A DNA stretch of 53,760 nt from Candidatus Pacearchaeota archaeon (GCA_050124795.1 JASFEO010000005.1:1-53760), one strand, 5' to 3'. Numbered from the stretch's first letter, positions 1-11,657 are shown. The notes: generated from the sequence alone by a model not told the origin. Translations and numbers: made by a program.

Positions 1-323
1 TCATCAGCAACGCTTCAACATGTTCAGAAAATTTGTAAGTCTTCGGACCAAAATGGTGCAAATATTCGCCAATTCCGATTCTTTTCAAAAACCGTTTAAT
101 TTTTATTTGCAGATTTCTTGTTTGTTTTATGTTAATTCACCTCGAATTAACATTGTTTTCAGGGATTCTCTATTTTTCCCTGAAGACTTTTTCAGTGGAG
201 CCTGTTTCATAATTAAAATAAATTTTTGAAATAGTTAATGTTTTCTTTTGTTTATTTTTTAAAGAAAAGATTTATAAATAGTTTTTCCTTAAAATAACTA
301 ATTTTAAGGGGTTACAAAAGAGG

Positions 324-1820
324 ATGAATAAAAAATTTTTAATTTGTTTGGCAAGTTTAATTGTAGTTTTATCTAGTTCTTTTATTTCTGCGGCGGGTAC
401 AGCGACACTAACAAGCCCTGTTGCAAATGGGAATTATTCAACATTAAATTTTACTTGTTTTAGCGGCATGGAAAATCCTGTGAATGCATCATTAGTTTAT
501 AATGCAACAGGTGGGGCAGTTAATCTAACGAGATTTTTAGTTACAATGACTAATACCACTTCTAATCAAAGTAATTTTACAAATGCCAGTGTCAACATAG
601 CTTCGTTGTCTGATTTAAGCACTTATAATTTTACTTGTGTAATGAATAATTTAACAGACACTGCTTATGCATCTGCAGTTGCAAGTGTAACAATTGACCA
701 AACTGTTCCAGCAGTTACTGTGACAAACATTGCAGGAGTTAGTTATTCAACTCAAACACGATCAAATGGAACTTTTATATTGAATGTTTCTGTGAGCGAT
801 ACTGTAAATGCAACAACTGTATTTTTTAATCTTACAAATGCTTCGGGAGCGCAGGATACTATTTTTTATGCAAACAGAACTCCGGGAACAAATGACTGGA
901 TTAATGATACTGGTTTTAATATAAGTAAATACACACAGGGGGCTTACACAATTACTGTTTATGCAAATGATTCAGCAAATAATCTAAATTCAAGTGAGAG
1001 TTCAGGAACAATTTATCTTGATAGTGTTTCTCCGTCATCAGTTACAATAACCCGAACAAGCAGAGGAGCATCTTCTTTAACTTTGAGTGTTGCAATTGTG
1101 GATAATGTTGGAATCGGAAGTTCGTGTACAGTTGATAGAAGCGGAGCCAGCATTTCTGGAACAGGAACAACCCAAACATTAACTGAAACAGGTCTTGGAT
1201 GCAGTCATAGTTATTCTTATATTGTAACTTGCACAGATCACGCAGGAAATGTGGGGGTGTCTTCTTCAACTTCTTTTGGTACTTCCAGTTGTTCTAGCTC
1301 TCTTCCTGGTGGCAGCAGTACTACTACAACCTGGACAAATACATATGTAGTTAAGACTGCAGATTTTGAAGCAGGTTATTCAAAACAATTATCTGCAAAG
1401 CAAAGATTGAAGGTTTCATTAGGCGCAGAGTATCATTATGTTGGAGTTAAAAGTTTAACAACGAGTTCTGCAGTGATTGAGGTTTCAAGTGATCCTGTCG
1501 AAGTGACTTTGGATATTGGAGAAGATGCGAAGGTTGATGTTGATAGTGATGGGTTTTATGATATTTTGGTAAAGCTTCTTGGAATAACTAATAACAAGGC
1601 AGATGTTAATGTGCAGAAAATTAATGAAGAAGTTCCTGAAGAAAGTGAAAGCAGTGTTTCTACAACCGGAGAAATAGGCGATACTACTAAGGACACAGGG
1701 GGGGAAACAACTCCTGCAGAAGAAAAGAGTAGTTTGGTTTGGTTGTGGTGGGTTATAATAGTTTTGGTTATTGTTGGAATTGGAATTTGGTTTTTTCTTA
1801 ATAACACTAAAAAGAAATAG
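324..1820 (+). CDS. Secreted, C-terminally membrane-anchored Ser/Thr/Asn-rich surface glycoprotein (S-layer-like, Ig-like folds)
   Basis: N-terminal signal peptide, many N-x-S/T sequons, Thr-rich linker, C-terminal TM helix followed by KKK. Confidence 0.7.
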   Translation: MNKKFLICLASLIVVLSSSFISAAGTATLTSPVANGNYSTLNFTCFSGMENPVNASLVYNATGGAVNLTRFLVTMTNTTSNQSNFTNASVNIASLSDLSTYNFTCVMNNLTDTAYASAVASVTIDQTVPAVTVTNIAGVSYSTQTRSNGTFILNVSVSDTVNATTVFFNLTNASGAQDTIFYANRTPGTNDWINDTGFNISKYTQGAYTITVYANDSANNLNSSESSGTIYLDSVSPSSVTITRTSRGASSLTLSVAIVDNVGIGSSCTVDRSGASISGTGTTQTLTETGLGCSHSYSYIVTCTDHAGNVGVSSSTSFGTSSCSSSLPGGSSTTTTWTNTYVVKTADFEAGYSKQLSAKQRLKVSLGAEYHYVGVKSLTTSSAVIEVSSDPVEVTLDIGEDAKVDVDSDGFYDILVKLLGITNNKADVNVQKINEEVPEESESSVSTTGEIGDTTKDTGGETTPAEEKSSLVWLWWVIIVLVIVGIGIWFFLNNTKKK

Positions 1821-1854
1821 GAAAATATTTAACTAACTTTATTTTTAATTTTTA

Positions 1855-3081
1855 ATGAAAGATTTTGATTTTGAAAAAGCAATGTTCGCAGACTTGCATA
1901 TTCATTCGAGATTTTCCAGGGCGTGCAGCAAGGAATTAAATTTTCCTAATTTAGTTAAGTGGGCAAAAGTTAAGGGTTTGAATTTATTGGGAACAGGAGA
2001 TTTTACTCATCCTGTTTGGATTAATGAGATAAAAGAAAATTTAAAAGATAATGGAAAGGGATTTTATTTTTATGAAGATTTTCCGTTTGTTATTACCGGA
2101 GAGATTTCTTTAATGTACACGCAAGGACGTGGAAGAAAAGTTCATTTGGTTTTGTTGATTCCTTCAATTGAAGTGGCTGAGAAAATTAATGAATATCTTG
2201 ATACAAAAGGAAGAAGAGATTATGATGGAAGACCTATTTTTAAAATTCCGTGTGATGAGTTCACACGAGAAATGAAAAAGATTTCAGGAGATATTGAAAT
2301 TATTCCTGCGCATATTTGGACGCCTTATTTTGGAGTGTTTGGTTCAATGTCTGGTTTTAATTCTTTGAAAGAAGCATTTGGCGAGGAAGTGAAAAATATT
2401 CATGCAATTGAGACAGGCATTTCTTCTGATAGGGAAATGAATTTAAAGATTGAGGAAATTAGTAAAAATAATCTTTCTATTGTTAGTTTTTCTGATTCGC
2501 ATTCATTTTGGCCTTGGAGGTTGGGGCGTGAAGCAACGATTTTCCGACGCTGTGATTCATTTAATAATCTAATAAAACAAATTAGAGAAAATTCTTTTTT
2601 TGGAACTATTGAAACTGATCCTGCTTATGGAAAGTATCATTGGGACGGGCATGCTGCCTGCGGATTTTCATGTTCTCCTGAAGAGAGCAAAAGATTAAGC
2701 GGAGTTTGCCCTAAGTGCGGGAGGAATTTAACAATCGGGGTTGAGAATCGAGTTGAAACTTTGTCTGGAGAAAAAGGAGAAGAGGAAAAAAAAGAGTTTA
2801 GGATTTTGCCTTTGCATGAAATTATTTCGCTTGAAACCGGAAACGGGATGAACACAAAAAAAGTTTGGGGAATTTATAATAAATTAATTAATGAGTTTGG
2901 GAATGAGTTTAAAGTTTTATTAGAAGTGCGGTTGGATGATTTAGTAAAAGTTGCAGGAGATAAGCTTGGAAGACTGATTATAAAAAATAGACTCGGAAAA
3001 ATAAAAGTCAAACCAGGATATGATGGAGAATATGGTGTTGCAGAAATTAGTGGTGGTGAAAAACAGGGGAAGTTGTTTTAA
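1855..3081 (+). CDS. endoQ: Endonuclease Q family PHP-domain protein
   Basis: ADLHIHSRFSRA, GTGDFTHP, PAHIWTP, SDSHS, GKYHWDGH and C-x2-C zinc motifs; C-terminal PGYDGEYG. Confidence 0.85.
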   Translation: MKDFDFEKAMFADLHIHSRFSRACSKELNFPNLVKWAKVKGLNLLGTGDFTHPVWINEIKENLKDNGKGFYFYEDFPFVITGEISLMYTQGRGRKVHLVLLIPSIEVAEKINEYLDTKGRRDYDGRPIFKIPCDEFTREMKKISGDIEIIPAHIWTPYFGVFGSMSGFNSLKEAFGEEVKNIHAIETGISSDREMNLKIEEISKNNLSIVSFSDSHSFWPWRLGREATIFRRCDSFNNLIKQIRENSFFGTIETDPAYGKYHWDGHAACGFSCSPEESKRLSGVCPKCGRNLTIGVENRVETLSGEKGEEEKKEFRILPLHEIISLETGNGMNTKKVWGIYNKLINEFGNEFKVLLEVRLDDLVKVAGDKLGRLIIKNRLGKIKVKPGYDGEYGVAEISGGEKQGKLF

Positions 3082-3168
3082 TTTAAAATAGATGTTGCAA
3101 TAAACCTTGGTGGTCATGGAACACAAGTTGCAGGAGAGGATAAAAAATGAATAAGTAAATTATTTAAA

Positions 3169-3687
3169 ATGGAGAAACTAAAAACAAATATGAAAAGGGG
3201 AAATCTGGTGATTGGAATTTTTTTTATTAGTCTGTTTTTATTCAATTTTATTTCTGCGGAGATGTTGACTTCTGATGCTGGAGTTGAGTATGATTCTGCG
3301 ATTGTTGAGCAATTTGATAGTGGGCAGGAGTTTGTTAATGTGATGATTGATTTTACTAATTTCTCAGATATTGATAGTTTGATTTCAGATTTTTCAGAGG
3401 GAGAATTAAAGAATCTTTTAAATAGGAATTATCCTTACACTATAACCCCCTCAATTGCGGCTACGGTCTCTGAAGAAACTTTTTTTAGACTATTACAGGA
3501 TAAGAGGGTTGACAAAATATACCCTAATGGGATAGTTCGTTTTGATGACCCCATTCCTCATAAATTTCCTTTGTCTTACCTAATAGTAATAGTCTTTTCT
3601 TTAATCATGGTGTTTATTGTTTTATTTTTATTAATAAATAAAAGGTTAAGAAAAAAATTAAGCAGATTAATTAGGGGTAAGAGATGA
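3169..3687 (+). CDS. Membrane-anchored stand-alone subtilase prodomain (I9 inhibitor-like) protein
   Basis: Signal peptide, about 69 aa identical to the prodomain of the next gene, C-terminal TM and basic tail. Confidence 0.65.
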   Translation: MEKLKTNMKRGNLVIGIFFISLFLFNFISAEMLTSDAGVEYDSAIVEQFDSGQEFVNVMIDFTNFSDIDSLISDFSEGELKNLLNRNYPYTITPSIAATVSEETFFRLLQDKRVDKIYPNGIVRFDDPIPHKFPLSYLIVIVFSLIMVFIVLFLLINKRLRKKLSRLIRGKR

Positions 3688-4089
3688 AGACCAGAGTAAT
3701 CTTTATAATTTTAGTTTTATTTTCATTATTTTTTAATTTAATTTCTGCTGATTCTAGCTTATCAACTCAATGGAAAAATAATTTAGATCAAAAACATCAA
3801 AAAATCTTAAATGAAAATCTAGAAAAATGCGGATCTAATATCCTTAATAAATTTGCGAAGGTAAGCAAAGATGATAATTCTTTTGTTAATGTGATGATTG
3901 ATTTTACTAATTTCTCAGATATTGATAGTTTGATTTCAGATTTTTCAGAGGGAGAATTAAAGAATCTTTTAAATAGGAATTATCCTTACACTATAACCCC
4001 CTCAATTGCGGCTACGGTCTCTGAAGAAACTTTTTTTAGACTATTACAGGATAAGAGGGTTGACAAAATATACCCTAATGGGATAGTTC
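3331..4089 (+). repeat. Exact 208-bp direct repeat (3331-3538 and 3882-4089)
   Basis: Identical sequence tttgttaatgtgatg…gggatagttc in both ORFs. Confidence 0.95.
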
Positions 4090-7000
4090 ATTATTCTCTT
4101 GAAGATAGTGCTTCATTAATTCATGCAAGTAATGTTTGGAACACAGGTTATACTGGAGAAGGAGTTAAAGTTTGCATAATTGATACGGGTGTTGATGCAA
4201 ATCATCCTGATTTATCCGGAAGAATTGCCGATGAAAAATGTTATTGTTCAATTTCTGAAGCAATCTTAGAATCAAATGATAAATGTTGTTGGGATGGTAA
4301 TGAAGGGGTTTTTAATGAAACAGATGTTGCAATAGACCTTAGTGGCCATGGAACACATGTTGCTGGGATTGTTGCATCAGAAGATTCAACTTATCGAGGT
4401 ATTTCTCCTAATGCAGACCTTTATATTGCTAAGATATTAAACAGCAGTGGTGCTGGGACAGAATACGATATTCGTGCAGGGATTAGTTGGTGCGTTAATC
4501 AAAGCGTTGATATTATTAGTATGAGTTTTGGTCAGGCAGTTTATTCTGCTTCTGCGTGTTCTGGCTTTGCGCATGGAGAAATAAATAGGGCATACGGAGA
4601 GGGAATTTTTCTTGTTGCTGCATCAGGAAATGATTTTTATCACAATGGAATAGACTATCCTGCATGTGAAGGAAATGTTACTTCTGTTGGAGCAACAGAC
4701 AAGCAAGACAATATGGCAAAATACAATGGAGATGTTTATTCAAATAGGGGGCAATCTTGGACTTAGTTGCTCCTGGAGGGGAATGGGATGAAACTCCAGT
4801 TTATTCTGAAATTGTATCTCTTTTTTCTACATTAGTTGATAGTGCTGGTGAATTATGCATGCATAAAGATGATTGGTGGTTTTTTGAATGGTGTGATGAC
4901 GATGATTATCAAGTGGATATGTATTATACAAGGGCTTCAGGCACATCAATGGCGACACCGCATGTTGCAGGAGCAGCAGCACTGCTTCTTGAGAAAGACC
5001 CTTCGTTAACTCCTTTAAAAATTAAGCAGATTCTAAATGAAACAGGCAAAGACATCTATGACAATGAAACAGGTTTAACATTTAAGAGAGTTGATATTGG
5101 TTCAGCAATAGATGCTGTTGGTCCTAAAATTAATCTAGATGTTATCTACCCGACAACAAACATAAATGTAAATCAAAATCAATTCTTTAATGTAACTTTA
5201 AATGTTTCATGCTTAAGAGAAGACTGCGGAAACATAAATGTTTATCTTGATCCTCAGGAAACTGAAAATGAACTTCTTAAACTTTTTCCAACGGAACATA
5301 AGAGCAAAACTTTGCCTTTAGTTGAGAACAGAACTTATGTTAATAATTTAAGAAGCAAAGACTCAATAGAAACTAAATTAATTAATGAGAAAACTTTAAC
5401 AAAAGAATTTAATTCTAAGAATAAGGAAATAAAAATTTCCGATGGTAAAGATGATTTAATTGATTTAAAACTAATTTCTGATTATAATGAACTTGTTCCT
5501 TTTGGTGGCGATGTTCTTGTTGCAGAACTCGAATTAATTGATTGGAAGACTGGAGAAGATTTATTTGATTTAATAAAAACTTATGATATTAAAAAGAGTT
5601 ATAATGAAATCCAAAAAGATTTTAATTTTAAATATGCAGTTGAATCTTCAAGTGAAGAATGTGTTGAAGCAAATTCAACTGAATCTAATTGTGAGAGTAT
5701 TGTTGAAACTTCTTGGGTTGAATTTAATTCTTTAGATGAATTGCCAAATAAGAATATTAGAATTGGCTTGTTTACTGATACTAAAAAAGATGAAAAAATT
5801 GAATGGGTTCCGAAGATAAATGGTTTTGAAGTTTTTGAATTTGCGTCGTGGGAAGTTAGTTTGAATTCTAATTTAGTTGCTTATTATGATTTTAATGAGA
5901 CAACTGGTTCTAATTTGCCTGATGTTTATGATGGAAATAATAATGGCAGTATTGCAGGAGCCTCGTGGGTAACTGGAAAAAAGGAAATGCTTTAAGTTTT
6001 GATGGAGTTAATGATTGTATTTATCTCTATAATTATGGTTCAACCTTAAATGGCAGGACATGGGCATTTTGGGTTAAGCCTGGAATTCCAACTGGAGATG
6101 ATTATATCTGGTTTAGGGGAACAAGCGGGTTTGCAGCGCATCACCTTGATTTTAATTATGGCGGTGGCGCAAATGCTTTTGGATATAAAGTTTATGACGG
6201 CTCAGACCATTGGATTTATACTGATTCAGTAAGTTATAATAATTGGTATTTTGTTGTAATAACAAGAAACTCAACATCAAGACAGATTTATTTAAATGGA
6301 GTATTAAATGATACTGATTCATATTCAGGGTATTCTTCTCCGTATGACGAGTATGTCGGGCGTCATCCGGTTAGCATAGGTTATTTTAATGGTTCAATTG
6401 ACATGTCTGGCTCATGGAATAGAGTATTAACTCCATCAGAGATTCAAACTCTTTACAACAATGGAAATGGTCTGCAATATCAAGAGAAGGAAATAAATTC
6501 TAAATTATTTTGCTTTTTCGATGCATCTGGAAATAATTGTGCTGGAAATCTGGACTTAAGCGGAACTGACCTTTGCAATTACGGGTATGGTTATGATTCT
6601 TCTTATGGGATTAATAATGCTAATATAACAAATGCCTTGGTTATAACAGATGTCACTTTGACTTTATGGCACACCTCATGTGATAATGAAAATGTAACTT
6701 TTTACCTTAATGGAAATGCTATTCATACTCTCTCTGATTCTTATGACTGCTCATGCACTCCTTCAGGCTATAAGTGGCCAGAAACAATTTCATTGAGTGA
6801 ATCAGAATTATCAAATTTTGCAAGCAATTGGGATTTTGAAGGAAATAATGTAATAAGCATAAATAAAACTTATACCTATAATAGCTTATACAACTCATTG
6901 TCTTATGCAAAGATAACATATGCTTCTTCTCCAAAGGGTTTAATATCGACGACAATTGGGGATACTCCTTTTTATACAAATGAAAGCAATCCAAAGGTAA

Positions 7001-8208
7001 TTAGTTTGAATGAAAATCAAAGCCAATTAGTAACATTTTGGGTTAATGCAACAGGAGCAGTTGATTCAATTCATGCATTTTTTGCATATGCAAATTTAAC
7101 AAATGAATCAAGAATTTCAAATATCACAAATAAATGGGGAGTTACTATAATTTCCAGTGCATGTGAAGGAAGCGCATCATGGTGGGATGCTGGTTGGAGC
7201 AGAAGAAAACAGATAAGCATAACAGAAAACTCCGGAAAGTATCTGGCTAATTATTCTGTAAAGATAAATGTAGACTATGATTCAGATATGCAGGCTGATT
7301 TTGATGATTTAAGATTTACTGATTCTTCAGGGAGCGAGTTAGGTTATTGGGTGGAAGAAAAACAAAACTCTGATTATGCTGTGGTGTGGGTTCTTTTAGA
7401 AACTCTTTTTCCAAATTCAGATTCATCTGTTTATATGTATTACGGGAATCCAACAGCCGCGGCAAATAGCAACAGAGAAGATGCTTTCCTGCTGTATAGT
7501 GATTTTAGTGAATCTTTAGATACAAATATCTGGAACAATACTCAACAAAAATATGTAACTGAGAAAAGTTCTATTTATGCGGTAAATTGCCAGGATACTG
7601 GTTTTTCATGGATAAAATATCCTAATTATCTGCAGCTATCCGGAAGCGCAACTACAGATACATGTTATGAAAGGGGACAGAATTCAGGATGGCTTGGGAG
7701 GGGGATAAGGACAAATGAAGCTGTTAATTTCAACCTGACTAATGGATTTATAGTTGATTTAACAGCGAATATAAGAAGTTTTTACGGGGGAACTTCACCC
7801 GACCACGGGGTTGAATTTATATATGGGTTTGCAAGCGATTATTCAAATTGGTTTAATACAAAATTATATAGAAGGTATGGCGGATCACAGGAAAATACTT
7901 TTGTTTATAAAAGGGCTATAAGTGATTCTTCGTATCAATTCACTTTTCAAAATCCTGCGATATGGACAACAGGAGAAAAAAATTTCTCCTTAACAAAATC
8001 AGGAACAGAATATAAGGGAAATTATGATGGTTCAAGTACAAATACAAATTCTTCAGAATTATTTAATAGTGAGAATGCTAAGTTTTTTATGGCGGTTTCA
8101 GGGAGAAGGTCCTCTGATAATATTAATATTACAGTTTCTGACGTACAGATAAGGACCTATACTTCTCCTGAACCTGTTTATACCTCCTGCCCTGAAGAAA
8201 GTCAATAA
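3684..8208 (+). pseudogene. Giant S8 subtilase (signal peptide, prodomain, S8, LamG-like, DUF2341-like) split by two frameshifts into ORFs 3684-4766, 4757-5995 and 5965-8208
   Basis: IIDTG and HGTHVAG in ORF1, GTSMATPHVAG in ORF2; the LamG domain is split across ORF2/3; breaks fall in G5 (4747-4751) and A6 (5977-5982) runs. Confidence 0.8.
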
Positions 8209-8291
8209 AATTGTAATCTGTTTGATTACAAAATGGAAAGAAAAGGATTGCCTGCTGAATATTGCTCCAGTACCAAATTTGATTGTTATTT

Positions 8292-8441
8292 TTAACCCCT
8301 TCTAACAACTCTAACATTACTTTTTGGAGCATCTTTTATTTTTATGAATTTATAATGTGGATTTGTCGTCGGTAAATTGCATTTTGGGCAAGTCTTTTTT
8401 AATGTGTAAGTTTTGCATTTGCTGCATTTTTTTAATAGCAT
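8292..8441 (-). CDS. nop10: H/ACA RNP protein Nop10
   Basis: KKCSKCKTYTLKKTCPKC…PHYKF; conserved location downstream of aIF2-alpha. Confidence 0.8.
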   Translation of the reverse strand: MLLKKCSKCKTYTLKKTCPKCNLPTTNPHYKFIKIKDAPKSNVRVVRRG

Positions 8442-8463
8442 GGTTTTTTTAGAAGAAATAATA

Positions 8464-8886
8464 TTATTTAAAACTACTTCCATCCAAATTCATAAAATAT
8501 TCTTTTAAACGGGAGTTCATGTTTTTTGTAAAATAGTTTTCAGCTTCACTTGGATTTATCCATTTTATTTCTATTAATCCTTTGGCTGGTTTTTCTTGTC
8601 CTTTAATTATCTCGCATAAGAAAAATATCACAACTGTGTTTGGCTCTTTTTTTGGAATTCTTGTAAAAATTGTCCCAAGGTTTGCGACTTTGTATCCTGT
8701 TTGTTCTTTTATTTTTGCCTTTAATCTTTTGTCTATATCTTTCTTTTTCTTTAATATCCCCCCTGGAAAGCACCAGCCTGTTTTTGAATTAGGGTCAAGA
8801 TTTCCTTTTCCAATTAGAATTTTTCTTGTTTTGGGGTCATAAATCATTCCAACGAGAACTACTTTGAAAAAATCTCTTTCTTTCAT
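8464..8886 (-). CDS. NUDIX-fold protein with degenerate Nudix box
   Basis: WCFPGG…KEQTG pattern. Confidence 0.7.
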   Translation of the reverse strand: MKERDFFKVVLVGMIYDPKTRKILIGKGNLDPNSKTGWCFPGGILKKKKDIDKRLKAKIKEQTGYKVANLGTIFTRIPKKEPNTVVIFFLCEIIKGQEKPAKGLIEIKWINPSEAENYFTKNMNSRLKEYFMNLDGSSFK

Positions 8887-8951
8887 TTAATTAAAGAATG
8901 AATGGGTTTTTAAGTTTTATTATGGATAAATATCTATTAGAAATATCTTGA

Positions 8952-9662
8952 TTATTTTTCCTTTACAGAAAATTCCATTTGGTTTTCTTTTGCCTGCTTT
9001 TCTATATTCTGCAAAATTTCTTTGAGTTTATTGTCTGCTTTTTTTGGATTTTCATCAGTAACTTTAATTGAATATTTTCCTGCAGAAATATATTTTATTT
9101 TTGCGTTTTTTAATTTGCCGAGGATATTTTTAATTAATTTAATTCCATCTGGTTTTTTGCTTGTTAATTTTATTTGTTTTTTTATTTCTGCTTTTTTCTT
9201 TTTTTGCTTGTTTATTATTTCGAGTATTTTTTTTGCATCACTTTTGCTGACTAGGTTTTCAAGTTCTTTTGAATCAACTTTAGAATTTTGCAAAAATTCA
9301 TAAACTGAATTTTTTTGTTTTATTTTTTTAATTATTTCTTTTGCTTTTTCTTTTAATATTCCTTTTAGAATGCTCTCTGAACTTTTTTCCTGTTTGTATT
9401 CAACTTTTACTTCTTTTTCTTCTTTTTGCGTGACTCTTCTTAATGAGAGTTGAATTTGCTTGTCCTTAATTCTTAAAATTTTGCAGACAATTTTTTTCTT
9501 TGGAACAACATAGCTTCTTAAGTTTCTTATTCGCCCCGGAGCGATTTCACTTAGGACAATGCTTCCTTCAAGGCCTGTATCGTCGATATTTACAAATACT
9601 ATTGTTCCGACAATTCTGTCAACTGTGCACAATACAACGTCTCCTGGTTCTAAGTTTTCCAT
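8952..9662 (-). CDS. eif2a: Translation initiation factor aIF2 alpha subunit
   Basis: N-terminal S1 domain, SEIAPGRIRN, LSLRRV, YISAGKY. Confidence 0.9.
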   Translation of the reverse strand: MENLEPGDVVLCTVDRIVGTIVFVNIDDTGLEGSIVLSEIAPGRIRNLRSYVVPKKKIVCKILRIKDKQIQLSLRRVTQKEEKEVKVEYKQEKSSESILKGILKEKAKEIIKKIKQKNSVYEFLQNSKVDSKELENLVSKSDAKKILEIINKQKKKKAEIKKQIKLTSKKPDGIKLIKNILGKLKNAKIKYISAGKYSIKVTDENPKKADNKLKEILQNIEKQAKENQMEFSVKEK

Positions 9663-9682
9663 TAAAAATGGAGAAAAAAATG

Positions 9683-10282
9683 TTATTTAAACTTTGGCAT
9701 GGGGCCGTTTCTGTTTTTTGCCCAGAAAAGTGCTTTTTTTACTTCTTCAATATTTGAGCCATTATGCCTTATGACTCTTTCGTGTTTAAAGTCTTTGTTC
9801 CATTCTTGAGCAGGCATAATCCCAATTCCTCTTGGTCTGTTTTCAAGCCAGGGTTTTAAGTAAGGAGGATAATCATCTACCAGAACTTTCCCATAAGCAA
9901 TTGATTTATCGCCTGAAATATGCATTACAACGTCTTTACCAATTTTACCGACGTGGTTTTCAATCCATTCTGCTTTTTCTGTATTTGCATTGAGCGCAGT
10001 TGCAGGACCTTTTGTTAATATATGAATTTCAAAATTTAATTCTTTTAATATTTTCAAGATTTCAAAACCCGGCTTTAATGGTTTAAGCTTTTTCCACCAA
10101 CCTTGCTGATTTCTTATAAGGCTAACTCTTTTTTTAATGTACGAAGGCGCATTATCGTGCGCAGATTTTAGTTCAGGCTCATTTGGAGATTTAATTTCAT
10201 CATAGTCTTTTTTTATTTGGTTAGCATAATCACAAAGAACACCGTCCATGTCAACAAGCGCGATAATTCTGTTTTCTCTCAT
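9683..10282 (-). CDS. HAD-family 5'(3')-deoxyribonucleotidase-like protein
   Basis: DMDGVLCD motif I, EKAEW, LVDD. Confidence 0.75.
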   Translation of the reverse strand: MRENRIIALVDMDGVLCDYANQIKKDYDEIKSPNEPELKSAHDNAPSYIKKRVSLIRNQQGWWKKLKPLKPGFEILKILKELNFEIHILTKGPATALNANTEKAEWIENHVGKIGKDVVMHISGDKSIAYGKVLVDDYPPYLKPWLENRPRGIGIMPAQEWNKDFKHERVIRHNGSNIEEVKKALFWAKNRNGPMPKFK

Positions 10283-10313
10283 GAAATGATAATGGATGAA
10301 TTGTTTTTAAAAA

Positions 10314-11657
10314 TTATTGTTTTACTTTTACAACTTCAATTTCTAAATTCTTTTTTAGGTTTTCAATAAATTCTTCTTCCTTGTCTTGTGTGATTATGCA
10401 GCCTGCTGCGCAGTGGTGGCCTCCGACTTGCCCGCCTATTGGCTCTACAACTTTTGAAAGAAGTTTTCTGAGATTTCTCCCGACTTTGCCTGTGATGCGC
10501 GAAGAAACTTTTATTCTGTTTTCATAATATGCCATTGTTGTTATGATTGTCCCTTCTTCATAGACTGATGAGTTTGACAAGATGCTTGCGATTGTTCCAA
10601 TCATTGTTTCTCTTATTTCATGTTTTGCATTTATTATTACAAATCCTTTGCCTTTGATTTTTTGAGTGTTTTCAGCAAATTTTAATCCTGAAATTAAAAG
10701 CTGCTTGTATTTTGCGTGAATTGTTTCTGCTCTTTTTTTAGCATCAGGGATTTCCATGCAAAGTTGTATTGCAAGACTTGACTCCCCGAATCTTGAGCAT
10801 GCATTTACTTTTGCTGAGAGTTCTCTTGCATCTTCTAATTTATTAAAAAGTTTTATTAAAAAAATGTCGCCGATGATTTCATTGTGTTTTGCTTTTGGAT
10901 TTCTTAGCATTACACTTGTGATTAAATTTTGCATTTCTTCATCAGTTAATTCCATTAAACTTTTGAAGCCTTTTACTGAGGGGTCTAAATCTGCTTCTCT
11001 TAGGAGTTCCATTACTCCTTTAGAATCTCCAGTGACTCCGGGAATATAGGGATTGGAAGAAAATTCTAATGCTCTGTTTAAGGGGCGGGTTGAAGGGTAA
11101 ATTAGTAATCCTCTTTTTTTTGTAACTTCTCCGTCAGTCAGGATTCCATGGTTTAGTTTATCAACTTCTTTTTCCAGTAAATCCCCTATCATTCCAAGGA
11201 TTGCTAACTTTGCAGCGGGTTTTATTTCAGGAGTTAATTCTTTACAAAATAAATAAGTTAAACAGGAGGCGCTCATTTTTTCTTTTTCATGAAGTTCAGG
11301 ATTTACAATCAAAACATTTTCAGGGACATTACAGGTTATCTCATGATGGTCGATGATAAAAACATTTTCAAGTTTTGTATCGCTAATATATTGAAAACTT
11401 CCTGAGGCTAAGTCCAGGAATAAAATAATTTTATTTTTTGGCAAATCATAAATAAATTCTTCTTCTAGGTTTTTTAAAATTTTAACTGAGAAAGTTTTGT
11501 CTAGTTTTTTTAATGTCTTAATCATTATTGCAGCTGAAGTTATTCCGTCGGTGTCAAAGTGGCTTACTACAAGAATTTCTTTATTTTGAGTTTTTTCTAA
11601 GAATTTTTTTGAAACTAATTTAATTTGCTCTTCTAAAGTTTCCACTCTTTTTTCCAT
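10314..11657 (-). CDS. Archaeal RecJ-like DHH/DHHA1 phosphoesterase
   Basis: HFDTDG, IDHH, GGH…AAG; near uS15 as in many archaea. Confidence 0.85.
   Translation of the reverse strand: MEKRVETLEEQIKLVSKKFLEKTQNKEILVVSHFDTDGITSAAIMIKTLKKLDKTFSVKILKNLEEEFIYDLPKNKIILFLDLASGSFQYISDTKLENVFIIDHHEITCNVPENVLIVNPELHEKEKMSASCLTYLFCKELTPEIKPAAKLAILGMIGDLLEKEVDKLNHGILTDGEVTKKRGLLIYPSTRPLNRALEFSSNPYIPGVTGDSKGVMELLREADLDPSVKGFKSLMELTDEEMQNLITSVMLRNPKAKHNEIIGDIFLIKLFNKLEDARELSAKVNACSRFGESSLAIQLCMEIPDAKKRAETIHAKYKQLLISGLKFAENTQKIKGKGFVIINAKHEIRETMIGTIASILSNSSVYEEGTIITTMAYYENRIKVSSRITGKVGRNLRKLLSKVVEPIGGQVGGHHCAAGCIITQDKEEEFIENLKKNLEIEVVKVKQ

Noticed and set aside
1-230. ORF 20-229 or a structured RNA at the window start
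   Set aside because: The ORF looks spurious; small hairpins exist (GTC-TTCG-GAC, TTCAGGGA…TCCCTGAA) but no RNA family is recognisable from this truncated piece
3090-4366. Diversity-generating retroelement TR/VR pair
   Set aside because: The 208-bp copies are identical, the 45-bp copy's mismatches are not confined to adenines of one copy, and no reverse transcriptase is in the window
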